Source: Pseudomonadota bacterium
GTDB taxonomy: Bacteria; Pseudomonadota; Alphaproteobacteria; Caulobacterales; Caulobacteraceae
Length of the DNA stretch: 60,206 nt
Direction of reading: 5' to 3'
Assembly: GCA_040390885.1 (NCBI GenBank)
Contig: JAZJXN010000036.1
Span: forward strand, 29,194 to 89,399
In this document: one piece after another, positions 9,179 to 18,385 of the stretch
Position numbering within the stretch: position 1 is the first letter of the stretch
Layout: every line of letters starts with the position of its first letter
Translations under genes and position numbers: made by a program
The notes under the pieces: model-generated
What the model saw: only the letters and a program-made list of their open reading frames with translations
The model's database searches: none
What the model was told of the DNA's origin: nothing

Positions 9179-10075
9179 CTAGAACGGCGCCACAACGGCG
9201 GTGCGGAAGAACCAGCCGTCCGGGCCATCGTCGCTGCGGTCGATGACATGCTGGTAGGTGAAGATCACGTTGGTCCGCGACGTGAACGGGACGGACGCGC
9301 TCAAGCCCGCCGACCAGCCGTGCATGCCGACGTCGGTGACGCCGTCGGTCGTTGTCTCTCCGCCGCGACGGTACAGAATGTCGGCCGATACCCACCACCG
9401 GTCGCGCAGGTTGCGCGTCAGATGCGCTTCGACGCTGAACAGAGGGTCCTTCGTGCTCCGCTCGGCCCCGTATGGATCGTCGTTGGCCTCATAGAGAGTC
9501 ACGGTCGGCAGGATCTCCAGGCTCGTCAGCGAGGGATCGCGATACGATCGACCTCTGGCGAACACTGTCGGCAGCCCGAGTTGATAGGCGATCCTGTTCG
9601 AGCCGAGGTTGACGGGCCGCTTGTCGCTGTAGTCTCCGGTCGGGAAATAGACCCGTCCCAGCAGGGCCATTCCGAAGCCGGGCCTGAAGGCCGCGAAAGA
9701 CTCGGGCGACAGCGCAGGGGCGCCGACCAGACCGACGGCGCCGCCCACCTGCATGTCCCCTGCCCCGGAACTCGCGGGCAGCCCCGTCGACCGCACCTCG
9801 CCCATAGGCAGGATCAGGAACGGCGTGACGGGCCGGCCGCCCATGTCCAGGGTCTGGGCATATCGAAACACCAGGATGTCGGTGTCGATCTCCGTCCCTG
9901 GCCTGATGGACCCTGGCTCGGGCGTCTCGTTGCCGCGCTTGTTCACCAGGAATGCCGTGACGTTGCGCGCGCCCACCGGCGCCAGCTGATAGACGCGCGG
10001 GCCATCGTCCTGCGCGGTTGCTGGAGAGGCCGCGCCGAGGCCCGCGACGATCGCCAGCGACGGAAGGAACCTCAT
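9179..10075 (-). CDS. Outer-membrane beta-barrel 'transporter' (phenol MetA-pathway/SphA-like family)
   Basis: Signal peptide MRFLPSLAIVAGLGAASPATA; SGAGD, FPTGDYSDKRPVNLGSNR, DPLFSVEAH; terminal Phe. Confidence 0.75.
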   Translation of the reverse strand: MRFLPSLAIVAGLGAASPATAQDDGPRVYQLAPVGARNVTAFLVNKRGNETPEPGSIRPGTEIDTDILVFRYAQTLDMGGRPVTPFLILPMGEVRSTGLPASSGAGDMQVGGAVGLVGAPALSPESFAAFRPGFGMALLGRVYFPTGDYSDKRPVNLGSNRIAYQLGLPTVFARGRSYRDPSLTSLEILPTVTLYEANDDPYGAERSTKDPLFSVEAHLTRNLRDRWWVSADILYRRGGETTTDGVTDVGMHGWSAGLSASVPFTSRTNVIFTYQHVIDRSDDGPDGWFFRTAVVAPF

Positions 10076-10088
10076 CGCTCGCTGAAGC

Positions 10089-11507
10089 TCACGACAGGCC
10101 ACCGATCTCGGCGCCAGGACGGCGTGCGGCGCCGCCGAATGTGCTCGCCGCCACCGCGGCGGCTCGGCCGAGCACGCCGGCGTAAGTCGGGAAGCTGAGA
10201 GGCATCCGCGCCATCTGGCCAACCGTCAGCCCGCCCGCCATGGCGACGGCCGCAACCTGAACGACGTCCACGGCGCGCTCGCCGACGATGTGGCAGCCGA
10301 GGATCGCGTGGCTCGACCGGTCGACGATCAGCTTGCAGAAGCCCGCGGCACGCCCGTCGATGATCGGCCGGGTCGCCTCGTCGTACCCGACGACGACAAC
10401 CTCGACATCATGGGCGAGACGCGCGCCCGCCTCTCCCAAGCCAACCTGGGCATACTCCGGGTCGGTGAAACTGCCGACGGGGTTGATCTCGTGGGCCCCG
10501 GTTTCCGCCGGCCCATCCAGCGCATTCGTGGCCGCCGCGAAGCCCGCCTGCAGAGCCTGCGGCGCCAGCATCCGCCGGCCGGTGACATCCCCCGCCGCGA
10601 AGATGTGAGCGGCGCTGGTGCACAGCCGCTCGTCCACGCTGACAAAGCCACGGTCAGTCGTCGCGACTCCCGCAGCGCCGAGATTGAGGGCCGCGGTGTC
10701 GGCGGTCCATCCCACGGCCACCACCGCCAGCGCGGCGTCGACATGGCGGGATAAGCCATCCCGGCTGTAGGTCATGCGGACGCCGTCAGCGGTCTTCGCG
10801 AAAGACTCGATCGCGCCGAACGCCTCGTGCACGACGATGCCGGAGTCCCTGAACGCCCCTGCCACGCAGGCGGAAACCTCAGGCTCCTCGGTCCCCAGGA
10901 TGCGCGGTCCCGCCTCGAACAGGTGAACGCGCGATCCGAAGGCGTTGAACACCGAGGCCACCTGGGCGCCCGTGGCGCCAGAGCCTACGACCAGCATGGA
11001 CTCGGGCACAGCGGCCAGCGACCACGCATCGCTGTGCGTGGCCGTCAGGTTAAACCCGGGGATCGGCAGCTTCCGGCTCACCCCGCCTGTGCAAAGGATC
11101 ACCTTGTCCGCAGTGAAGCGACGTCCGTCCGCAGCCTCGAGCGCGTGGGGATCGACGAAGCGGAGCGGTCCCGCGCCCTCGCGAACCGTGACGCCGGCGG
11201 CGTCGACCTGGGCGCGGAGGGTCGATTGACGCCCCGTCTCCTGCACCACCCCGGCGACCCGGCGCAGCAGCGCCGGATAGACGAGATGGGGATCGCCGAC
11301 CGTGACGCCATAGTCGCCCAGCTGCCGCGCCTCCCGCATCAGCCGCGCGGCATGGGCCAGCGTTCGCACCGGGACCGGCCCGTCTGTCCCCGCCATCCCG
11401 CCGAAGGCGCCGCTGGTCACAAGGGTCGTCCGGGCGCCGAGGGTGGCCGCGCGCAGCGACGCCATCGCCCCCGCGGGCCCCGCGCCGACCACCAGGACAT
11501 CGGTCAC
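10089..11507 (-). CDS. Pyridine nucleotide-disulfide oxidoreductase family flavoprotein lacking the redox-active cysteines
   Basis: VLVVGAGPAG (FAD), VVGSGATG (NAD(P)H), TSAAHIFAAGD, FTDPEYAQVG. GGMAGTDGPVP replaces GGxCxxxGCxP. GTG start overlaps the Dyp stop (GTGA). Confidence 0.85.
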   Translation of the reverse strand: MTDVLVVGAGPAGAMASLRAATLGARTTLVTSGAFGGMAGTDGPVPVRTLAHAARLMREARQLGDYGVTVGDPHLVYPALLRRVAGVVQETGRQSTLRAQVDAAGVTVREGAGPLRFVDPHALEAADGRRFTADKVILCTGGVSRKLPIPGFNLTATHSDAWSLAAVPESMLVVGSGATGAQVASVFNAFGSRVHLFEAGPRILGTEEPEVSACVAGAFRDSGIVVHEAFGAIESFAKTADGVRMTYSRDGLSRHVDAALAVVAVGWTADTAALNLGAAGVATTDRGFVSVDERLCTSAAHIFAAGDVTGRRMLAPQALQAGFAAATNALDGPAETGAHEINPVGSFTDPEYAQVGLGEAGARLAHDVEVVVVGYDEATRPIIDGRAAGFCKLIVDRSSHAILGCHIVGERAVDVVQVAAVAMAGGLTVGQMARMPLSFPTYAGVLGRAAAVAASTFGGAARRPGAEIGGLS

Positions 11508-12862
11508 GCTCGCCCTCCGGCACTTTCGGGCAGCTCCGCGAGCCACCGCAGCGCGGTCAGGCTGGGCATGAAGCCGTACTCGCCGCCACGGGTCGTCACG
11601 AAGCTCGCCAGCCCCTGGACGCGCCTGGGGATCGGCCGTCGCGGTATGGTGTAGCTCCCGGCCCCGTCGGCCGCGCCGGTTACGGGGTCCCTGGCGTCGC
11701 CAAGACCCAGAAACTCGCCGCCGTTGACCCACTCCGACTGCACGAACTCGAATTGTCGCTTCAGGTGGGCGCCGACGAACGCGAACATCAGCCCGCGATC
11801 AACCCCGTCATCCTCCATGACGCCCTCAGGCAGGTCGGGGCCATAGGCGGTGCCGCGGCGGATCATGCGGTGGAGCCGGACCACGCCCGCCACCTCGGCG
11901 TCGCGCGGATTGCAGCGGCGCACATGCGAGCCGGGCGGCGTCCTGTAGCCCGTGGCGTCGTCGGCGCGGAACAGGAACGCGTTGTTGCGTGTGTGGTCCG
12001 CGCCCAGCGCCGGGTCGTCGTGCAGCGGGCACAAGGCCAGCGGCGCCCCGCTCCGCCAGCGGCCCATCATCTTGGCCGCCAGAAACTCCACGTCGTCGGG
12101 CCCGCTCGCATTGGCCCTCAGGTACCTGCGGAACGCGGCGACGTCCTGGCGCAGCTTGCGGAAGACGACATAGGCGCCGTTGCGGCCGAGCACGTCCGGC
12201 TGCGGCGCCGGCGGAAATCCACCCATCTCGTCCCGGTAGCCCAGCACCAGCTCGCCCGCCTTCAGTGGCGCTTCCAGCGGGTTCGAGCCGGGGATACCGC
12301 TCCCTTCGACCGCGGGATGGCTGATGCCGTCCTTGAAACCGAACGGCTCCTTTTCATCGGGCGGCGCGTAGCAGTCCTGACGCCAGATCGGGACGACGCC
12401 GGAAAGATCCGCGAACGCGGCCCGGGCCCGATCGACCGCCAGCCCCAGCGACGTCGTGTTCGGCGACACGCCGACCAGGACGACATGGACGTCCGGCGTG
12501 CCGAAGGGCGCTTCCCAATGCTCGGGCGCGCTCTCGCCGACATCGCCCAGGGCGGAGGCCCGGGCGACCATCCCCTGCCGAAACTCCCAGGCGAAGCTGT
12601 CGAGCGACGCCTGCGGCACATCCAGCGCCTTCAGACCCTGAAACGTGAGCGCAACGCTCACCCAGGTATCGCGCCCCGGACGGTCGGGCGACGCCGCACA
12701 GGTGACCACGTTGCTCAACCGGCGCAGCAGTTCGCGGCCTTGGGCGGCCGCGTCGATCCGCAGCAGGATGTAGGTCGCGGCATACGGCGATGGCCGAGGC
12801 CGCAGCGCTCCCGACTGGATGTCGTCCAGCTCAAGCACAGGAACATCGCCGTCGTCAGCCAT
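11504..12862 (-). CDS. Dyp-type heme peroxidase
   Basis: DDIQ, EPFGFKDGISHP (GxxDG), NGAYVVFRKLRQDV, AKMMGRW, SHVRRCNPR (proximal His), IRRGTAYG, GLMF, QFEFVQ, GGEYGFMPS. Confidence 0.93.
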   Translation of the reverse strand: MADDGDVPVLELDDIQSGALRPRPSPYAATYILLRIDAAAQGRELLRRLSNVVTCAASPDRPGRDTWVSVALTFQGLKALDVPQASLDSFAWEFRQGMVARASALGDVGESAPEHWEAPFGTPDVHVVLVGVSPNTTSLGLAVDRARAAFADLSGVVPIWRQDCYAPPDEKEPFGFKDGISHPAVEGSGIPGSNPLEAPLKAGELVLGYRDEMGGFPPAPQPDVLGRNGAYVVFRKLRQDVAAFRRYLRANASGPDDVEFLAAKMMGRWRSGAPLALCPLHDDPALGADHTRNNAFLFRADDATGYRTPPGSHVRRCNPRDAEVAGVVRLHRMIRRGTAYGPDLPEGVMEDDGVDRGLMFAFVGAHLKRQFEFVQSEWVNGGEFLGLGDARDPVTGAADGAGSYTIPRRPIPRRVQGLASFVTTRGGEYGFMPSLTALRWLAELPESAGGRA

Positions 12863-12871
12863 CGTCCAGCC

Positions 12872-13882
12872 TCACACCGACACGAGGTTCTTCCAGAACC
12901 GCTCGAGGCTCGCGTCCGCGCCAAACAGCGTGCTGAAGACCGTGGAGTCGCAAACCAGCACGTCGCCTGCCCGATCCCCCGCCGGCGGCGCCCAGACAAG
13001 GCTGTTGAACTCCGTCTCACCACTCAGCGTCATCGGATGCGGGTGCGATAGGTCGATGGGCTGCCTGGCCAGAACCCGGGCGGTCCCGTCGTCCCGCGTC
13101 ACGGCGTAGTGCGGCAGGTGCATGTGAAAGTTCAGGCTCTCGACGCCGTCGAGCAGACCCAGGCTGTCCGCTTCGCGGACGGCCGTGAACGGCGCGATCT
13201 GGTTGGCGGCGCCCGCGCGCACCGCCGGGCGAAGCGCATGGCGGCTCTCCACCGGGATGTCCAACGCGCGGAGAAGCGCCAGCGTGTAGGCGCCGAACCG
13301 CTGCTGGCGCGGGACCAGCAGATCTCCGTGATGCGCGTACTCCATCGCCCGCTGCTCGAGGTCGTCGGTCGCGCCAACGTCGTGGTGCGGCCCGATCACC
13401 AGCCGCGTCCCGGGGCGGCGCAACCAAGCGGACAGGGCCTCGATCTCGGCGTCCGACGGCAGCTGCCCGGTCACGTTGTGGTCGAGACCGAACAGGAAGA
13501 GGACGTCAGTGTCGTCCAGAACGCGCCCGTCGAGCGGCTGCGGAAAGCCGGCCTGATCCACACGCTGGTACACGGGGACGGCATGGCCCGTGACCTCACC
13601 CACCAGGTTCTGGAACGGGACCCAGGCCAGGAAGAAGAGCTCCAGCGACCCGGCGATGCTTTGCTGGAACTGCAGCGGATCTGCGTAGCGAGGCGTCTCG
13701 TAGGCCGGCCAGAGAACGCGGCGGACTTCCGTCATCGTCGAGAAGCGGTTGTCCATCTCGGCGACGTTGCGGTTCGCCTCGGCGGGGTAGCTCCAGGAGA
13801 CATAGACGCTCGCGCGCCGCCTGCCGGGCGTGGGAGCCCTGGCGACATGGGCCTGATTGTAGGTGCGTGCCGGTTCGCTCAT
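12872..13882 (-). CDS. Conserved hypothetical protein in Dyp operon (His-rich motifs)
   Basis: 336-aa ORF with host-like codon use, 9 and 14 bp from neighbours; GLDH, GPHHDVG, HHGD, HMHLPHY motifs. Confidence 0.75.
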   Translation of the reverse strand: MSEPARTYNQAHVARAPTPGRRRASVYVSWSYPAEANRNVAEMDNRFSTMTEVRRVLWPAYETPRYADPLQFQQSIAGSLELFFLAWVPFQNLVGEVTGHAVPVYQRVDQAGFPQPLDGRVLDDTDVLFLFGLDHNVTGQLPSDAEIEALSAWLRRPGTRLVIGPHHDVGATDDLEQRAMEYAHHGDLLVPRQQRFGAYTLALLRALDIPVESRHALRPAVRAGAANQIAPFTAVREADSLGLLDGVESLNFHMHLPHYAVTRDDGTARVLARQPIDLSHPHPMTLSGETEFNSLVWAPPAGDRAGDVLVCDSTVFSTLFGADASLERFWKNLVSV

Positions 13883-13896
13883 GGCGCGCCCTCCCC

Positions 13897-14454
13897 CTAC
13901 TGCAGCTGGTCGAGCGCTTCGGTGAGCGACGCCTTGAGGCGAAGCGCCTTCTTGATCTCGTCCACCGAGACGTAGGGATATTCCGCGTACTCCATGAAGC
14001 TGGAGACCTGATGATCCCGGGCGAAGCGGACGAAGGCGGCGGGGTTGGTCTTCCAGTCTTCCGGGAACCCTTCCAGGTTCTCGAAGACCGTGTCGACGCC
14101 GGACAGCTTGAACAGCTCGACGGCGTCCTCGGTGTACTTGTCGAAGTCGGTGTCGAAGATGCCTTGGTACATGAAGTAGAGGTCGCTACCGATCGGGAAC
14201 AGCAGCCAGCGCAGGTAGTGCAGCTTCAGCGGCGCAAGCAGGGTCGGGTTTCCCTTGATCGCGGCCTCGATGGTCTGGCCATAGCCGCGGATGACCGCCT
14301 CGCGGCCCGGGATGACCTTTGCCAGGATGGAGAAGCCGTAGTTCGCCGGGGTCTTGGGAAAGAGCGGGCCATACGGGCCCTCCACGCGCTCGAAGTAGCC
14401 TTCCTTCGGGATGGCCATGGCGGAGGGGGTCAGGAAGTCTGGGGTGGTCGTCAC
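13897..14454 (-). CDS. Hypothetical protein, first gene of Dyp operon
   Basis: GTG 14454 preceded by GAGG; LHYLRW...FDTDFDKYTED...FENLEGFP...FVRFARDHQ resembles domains I recall next to or fused with Dyp peroxidases. Confidence 0.75.
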   Translation of the reverse strand: MTTTPDFLTPSAMAIPKEGYFERVEGPYGPLFPKTPANYGFSILAKVIPGREAVIRGYGQTIEAAIKGNPTLLAPLKLHYLRWLLFPIGSDLYFMYQGIFDTDFDKYTEDAVELFKLSGVDTVFENLEGFPEDWKTNPAAFVRFARDHQVSSFMEYAEYPYVSVDEIKKALRLKASLTEALDQLQ

Positions 14455-14758
14455 GGCGCCCTCGCTGTGCACTCCGCCAAGCCACGGAGACCCAAAACCT
14501 AGAGAAAGGCAGAGCCGCATCCATGCGGTGAAACCCTCGCTCGCCTCCCGGCGATGCCCTACGGAAATCGCGACGGTAGAAGTGCTTCCGGAGCCGCCCG
14601 GGCGCGGCACGCGCGGGCGGGGAGTCGAGTCACGCGCCGGTGCGGGTTCGACCTGATTTAGCCGGGCCGCGATTTCGAAGAGGCTTCGGCCGGGTCGGGC
14701 ACTGGCGAAATCGCGGTCGTCGAATGGCTTCACCGACGCCACGAGGAAGGCTGGTCCG

Positions 14759-15613
14759 ATGAGCACCCTCCATGACTGGGTTCAGTCGACGCCTATCTGG
14801 GCTCTGAGCCTCGGCCTGTTCGCCCTGATGTTCGTCGCCGCCGTAGCGGGCAGCCAGATATCGCTGCGAATGGTGTCCAGGACCCCCGACACCTGGACCG
14901 GCAATGACGCCCAGGAGGGATATGCGCTGTCGGCGGTTCTCGGTCTGCTCGCCCTGATGGTCGGGTTCACCTACGCGCTGGCGGTGGATCGCTTCGAGGA
15001 GCGTCGCCGGCTCGTGCTCGACGAAGCCAATGCCGTCAGTGTCGCCTTCTTCAATACGCAGTTGCTCGTCGAACCCTACCGGGAGCGCGGCTCGCGGCTC
15101 CTGATCTCCTACACCGAAAACAAGATCGCCCTCGCCCGGGCCACCTCGTGGGCGCAGGCGGCATCGCTGTCGGCCAGGGACGAGCACATCACGGCAGAGC
15201 TGTGGACACTCGCGGCCCAGGCCTATCCCAGCATCCGGGACTATGACTTCTCGACGGCCTACCTGAGTTCGATCAACCGGGTCATCGAACTGGATCTCGC
15301 CCGAAAGGCGTCGCGCGCCCTCAGCGTGCCATCCCTCGCGATCGCCCTGCTGGTGATCTACCTGATCGCAGCCGCCGGCATGCTCGGCTTCGTGATGAAG
15401 GGTTCGGGCGGCCGGTTTGTCTCCACCTTCCTGCTGGTGCTGCTGAACCTGTCGATCATGTTGGTGATCGACATCGACCGCCCGGTGAGCGGCGCGGTCA
15501 ACGAGAGCCAGATGCCGATGGAGGTTCTGCGCGACACGATCCTTGCGCGGTCTCCGGTTCAGCCTGCGCCCGCCCGTCCAGGCGACATGCCCCGGGCCGA
15601 TCCCGCGCCCTGA
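14759..15613 (+). CDS. DUF4239/bestrophin-like membrane protein
   Basis: AVLGLLALMVGFTYALAVDRFEERRRLVLDEANA and IDIDRPVSGAVNESQMPM motifs; about four TM segments. Confidence 0.8.
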   Translation: MSTLHDWVQSTPIWALSLGLFALMFVAAVAGSQISLRMVSRTPDTWTGNDAQEGYALSAVLGLLALMVGFTYALAVDRFEERRRLVLDEANAVSVAFFNTQLLVEPYRERGSRLLISYTENKIALARATSWAQAASLSARDEHITAELWTLAAQAYPSIRDYDFSTAYLSSINRVIELDLARKASRALSVPSLAIALLVIYLIAAAGMLGFVMKGSGGRFVSTFLLVLLNLSIMLVIDIDRPVSGAVNESQMPMEVLRDTILARSPVQPAPARPGDMPRADPAP

Positions 15614-15798
15614 ACCACGCCGCCGCACGCTGGGCGCCCAGCAACGCGCCGCGAACGAGTTCCGACATGGGGACGGCGCCGAATGCGCAGGACGCCCTGC
15701 CCGGTCCAATAGCCCCCGGTCTCAGGAGAAGACCTGATACCGGCGTCGGGGCGCGGGCCCCAGTCTCGCCGCGTCATCGGCAACATGCGGGCGCGATC

Positions 15799-18360
15799 AT
15801 GCTCACCTACGGCAAAGCCTTCAGCGGGAGCGTCGCGCTGCTTGTCCTGCTGCCGTCCCCCGCCTCGCCCGCGCCGGGCGGCCCCGCTTCACCCCCGCCG
15901 GCCGCGGTCGCCACGGGGCCCGAGCGAACCATCGACGCGCGGCCCTGGCCCCGCGCCTATACCGTCGACGGCGTGACCTTCTCGATCTACCGGCCGCAGG
16001 TCGACAGCTGGACCAACAACCAGCTGAGAGCGAGAGCGGTCATGGCCGTGCGGACGGGCGAGCAGAAGGCGCCGTCCGGAGACACCGCGGCGACGCAGGA
16101 CTACGGCGTCCTGTGGCTCACCGCCCGGACAGAGACGGACCGCGAAGCGCGCGAAGTGGTGCTCGACGACGTCACTGTCGACCGCATCAGCTTCCCCTCG
16201 GCCCGGGACCAGGAAAGCCGCTACCTGGCTCTCGCCCGCAAGGTGGCGCCGACGAACCAGCCCGTGGCGAGCCTGAACCAGATCGAGGCCTCGCTGGCGC
16301 TGGCCGAAGCCGGCGCCGTTCCGGGCGTTTCCGATCCCATCAACACCACGCCGCCTGAAATCATCTTCAGTTTCCAGCCAGCGCTGCTGGTGCTCATCGA
16401 CGGCGAGCCAGTGTTCAAGCCGTCCGGCGTCGCCGGCGTCGAGAAGGTCATCAACACCCGCGCCATGCTGCTTCGCCATCAAGGCGTCCTCTACATCACC
16501 GGCGCCGGCGGGCGCTGGGGGACCGCCAAGGCGCTGAACGGTCCGTGGACCCTGTCGGTCAAGCCGCCGGCCGCAGTGACGCAGGCGGCGACCAGGCTGA
16601 CCCCCGCCAAGCCCGCCGGCCAACAAGCGCAACCCGCCGGCGCCAAACCGCCGGGGCCGCCCGCCTCGCCGCCGCAGGTCATCGTGCGGACGCATCCGGC
16701 CGAGTTGATCGTGGTCGACGGCGAGCCAGCCTTCAACGAGATCAAGGGCACCCAGCTCAGGTACGTTTCCAACACGCCCGCCGACGTCCTGGTCGCCCCC
16801 TCGGGCGCCTGGTACGTCCTGATCGCCGGCCGCTGGTTCACCGCCCCGTCCAGCAAGGGACCGTGGGGCTATGTCCCCCCCAAGGCGCTGCCGGGACTGT
16901 TCGGCAAGATTCCGAGCGACGGTCCCAAGGGCGCGGTCCTGGCCTCGGTGCCCGGGACGCCGGAGGCGCAGGAGTCGCTCGTCGCCAACGCCGTACCTCA
17001 AACGGCGACGGTGAGCCGCAAGGCGGCGAAATTCACCGCCCGATACGACGGTCCGCCCGAGTTCCGACCGATCACCGGCACGAGCCTGTCCTATGTCTAC
17101 AACAGCCCTGATCCAGTCATCCGGGCAGGCGCGGCCTACTATGCGCTGCAGAACGGAGTTTGGTTCATGGCCGCGTCGCCGGCGGGTCCCTGGGCGGCGG
17201 CGACCGAGGTCCCGGCGGAGATCTACAAGATCCCGAGCGCCTCGCCGCTGCACTACGTGACCTACGTCCAGATCTACGGCTCCAACGGCGACGACATCTA
17301 CGTCGGCTACACGCCGGGCTACTACGGCACGGTCGTGAACGACGGGGTGGTGGTCTACGGCTCCGGCTATCCGTGCGACTCCTGGATCGAGAACGAGTGG
17401 TACGGGTGCCCGACGCCCTACGGCTACGGCGCGGCGTTCGGCTACGGCGCCGCCTACGGCTGGGGACTCGCCTTCGGCTGGGGCTGGTACGATCCCTGGT
17501 ACGATCCGTGGTGGGGGCCATGGGGATACTACCCGGGCGGCTACTGGCCGGGCGGATACTGGCCCGGAGGATACTGGCCGGGCGGTGCGGTAGCCGGCAA
17601 CGTCTATGGTCGCTGGGGGTCCAGCGTGGTCGCCGGCACGGCGGCGGCGTGGGCCAACCCGTGGACCGGAAACTACGGTCGCGCTGGCCAGGGCGGTTAC
17701 TACAACACGGTCACCGGCGGACGCGGCTACGGCTATGCGGGCCGCAACACCAACATCTACACCGGCGGCTCGGCGGCCGCGGCGGGCGGCGTCCGCTACA
17801 ACCCGACGACCGGAAGGGTGGTGGCGGGCCAGGGCGGCTCGATCTCGAACATCTACACCGGCGAAGGCGTCGCCGGCGGCTCCCGCACCGTCGTCAACAC
17901 CAACACAGGTCGGGTGACGCAGCAGGCCGGCGTCGCCGGTCGCGGCTCCGAGGGGGCCGGGGCGGCGCGGGCCTTCAAGTCAGACGGCGCGCGCGTCGAC
18001 GCCGCCGGAGCCGGCTACATCCACTATGATCGGGACACCGGCGATATCTCCAAGGGCGGCGTGGTCGACATCAACGGCAACATCTACGCGGGCAAGGACG
18101 GCCAGGTGTACAAGCGCGACGCCAACGGCGAGTGGTCGCAGGCCGGCGCCGGCGGCAGGTTCTCGAAGGTCGAACGACCTGACTCCACCCTCGATCGCGA
18201 GCGGGCGAGCCGTGACCGCGGCTTCGAGCGCGACCGCGCCGCGAGCCGGGGCTTCGAGCGATCCGCGGCCAGCCGCCCGTCGTTCGACCGCAGCTCGTTC
18301 GGCGGCGGGTACGGCGGCCGGATGGGCGGAATGCGCGGCGGCGGGGGGCGGCGGCGCTAG
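15799..18360 (+). CDS. Large secreted hypothetical protein (family often auto-annotated carbohydrate-binding V/XII) with Gly/Tyr/Trp-rich and RG-rich tail
   Basis: WPR...IYRPQVDSW, PPEIIFS..PALLVLIDGEP, repeated GPW motifs, YVGYTPGY, NVYGRWG, NIYAGKDGQVYK, terminal GGMRGGGGRRR. Confidence 0.75.
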   Translation: MLTYGKAFSGSVALLVLLPSPASPAPGGPASPPPAAVATGPERTIDARPWPRAYTVDGVTFSIYRPQVDSWTNNQLRARAVMAVRTGEQKAPSGDTAATQDYGVLWLTARTETDREAREVVLDDVTVDRISFPSARDQESRYLALARKVAPTNQPVASLNQIEASLALAEAGAVPGVSDPINTTPPEIIFSFQPALLVLIDGEPVFKPSGVAGVEKVINTRAMLLRHQGVLYITGAGGRWGTAKALNGPWTLSVKPPAAVTQAATRLTPAKPAGQQAQPAGAKPPGPPASPPQVIVRTHPAELIVVDGEPAFNEIKGTQLRYVSNTPADVLVAPSGAWYVLIAGRWFTAPSSKGPWGYVPPKALPGLFGKIPSDGPKGAVLASVPGTPEAQESLVANAVPQTATVSRKAAKFTARYDGPPEFRPITGTSLSYVYNSPDPVIRAGAAYYALQNGVWFMAASPAGPWAAATEVPAEIYKIPSASPLHYVTYVQIYGSNGDDIYVGYTPGYYGTVVNDGVVVYGSGYPCDSWIENEWYGCPTPYGYGAAFGYGAAYGWGLAFGWGWYDPWYDPWWGPWGYYPGGYWPGGYWPGGYWPGGAVAGNVYGRWGSSVVAGTAAAWANPWTGNYGRAGQGGYYNTVTGGRGYGYAGRNTNIYTGGSAAAAGGVRYNPTTGRVVAGQGGSISNIYTGEGVAGGSRTVVNTNTGRVTQQAGVAGRGSEGAGAARAFKSDGARVDAAGAGYIHYDRDTGDISKGGVVDINGNIYAGKDGQVYKRDANGEWSQAGAGGRFSKVERPDSTLDRERASRDRGFERDRAASRGFERSAASRPSFDRSSFGGGYGGRMGGMRGGGGRRR
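17527..17586 (+). repeat. 4 x 15-bp coding tandem repeat (Y[Y/W]PGG)
   Basis: tactacccgggcggc tactggccgggcgga tactggcccggagga tactggccgggcggt. Confidence 0.85.
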
Positions 18361-18385
18361 CCGTCGCAACGCTCGACCGCCGCGG

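Noticed and set aside
10089-10120. Encapsulin cargo-loading peptide (GAEIGGLS at the flavoprotein C-terminus)
   Set aside because: Weak match to LxIGSL; Dyp itself lacks such a tail and no encapsulin gene is in the window.
17527-17586. CRISPR-like array
   Set aside because: Contiguous in-frame coding repeats without spacers; no cas genes seen.
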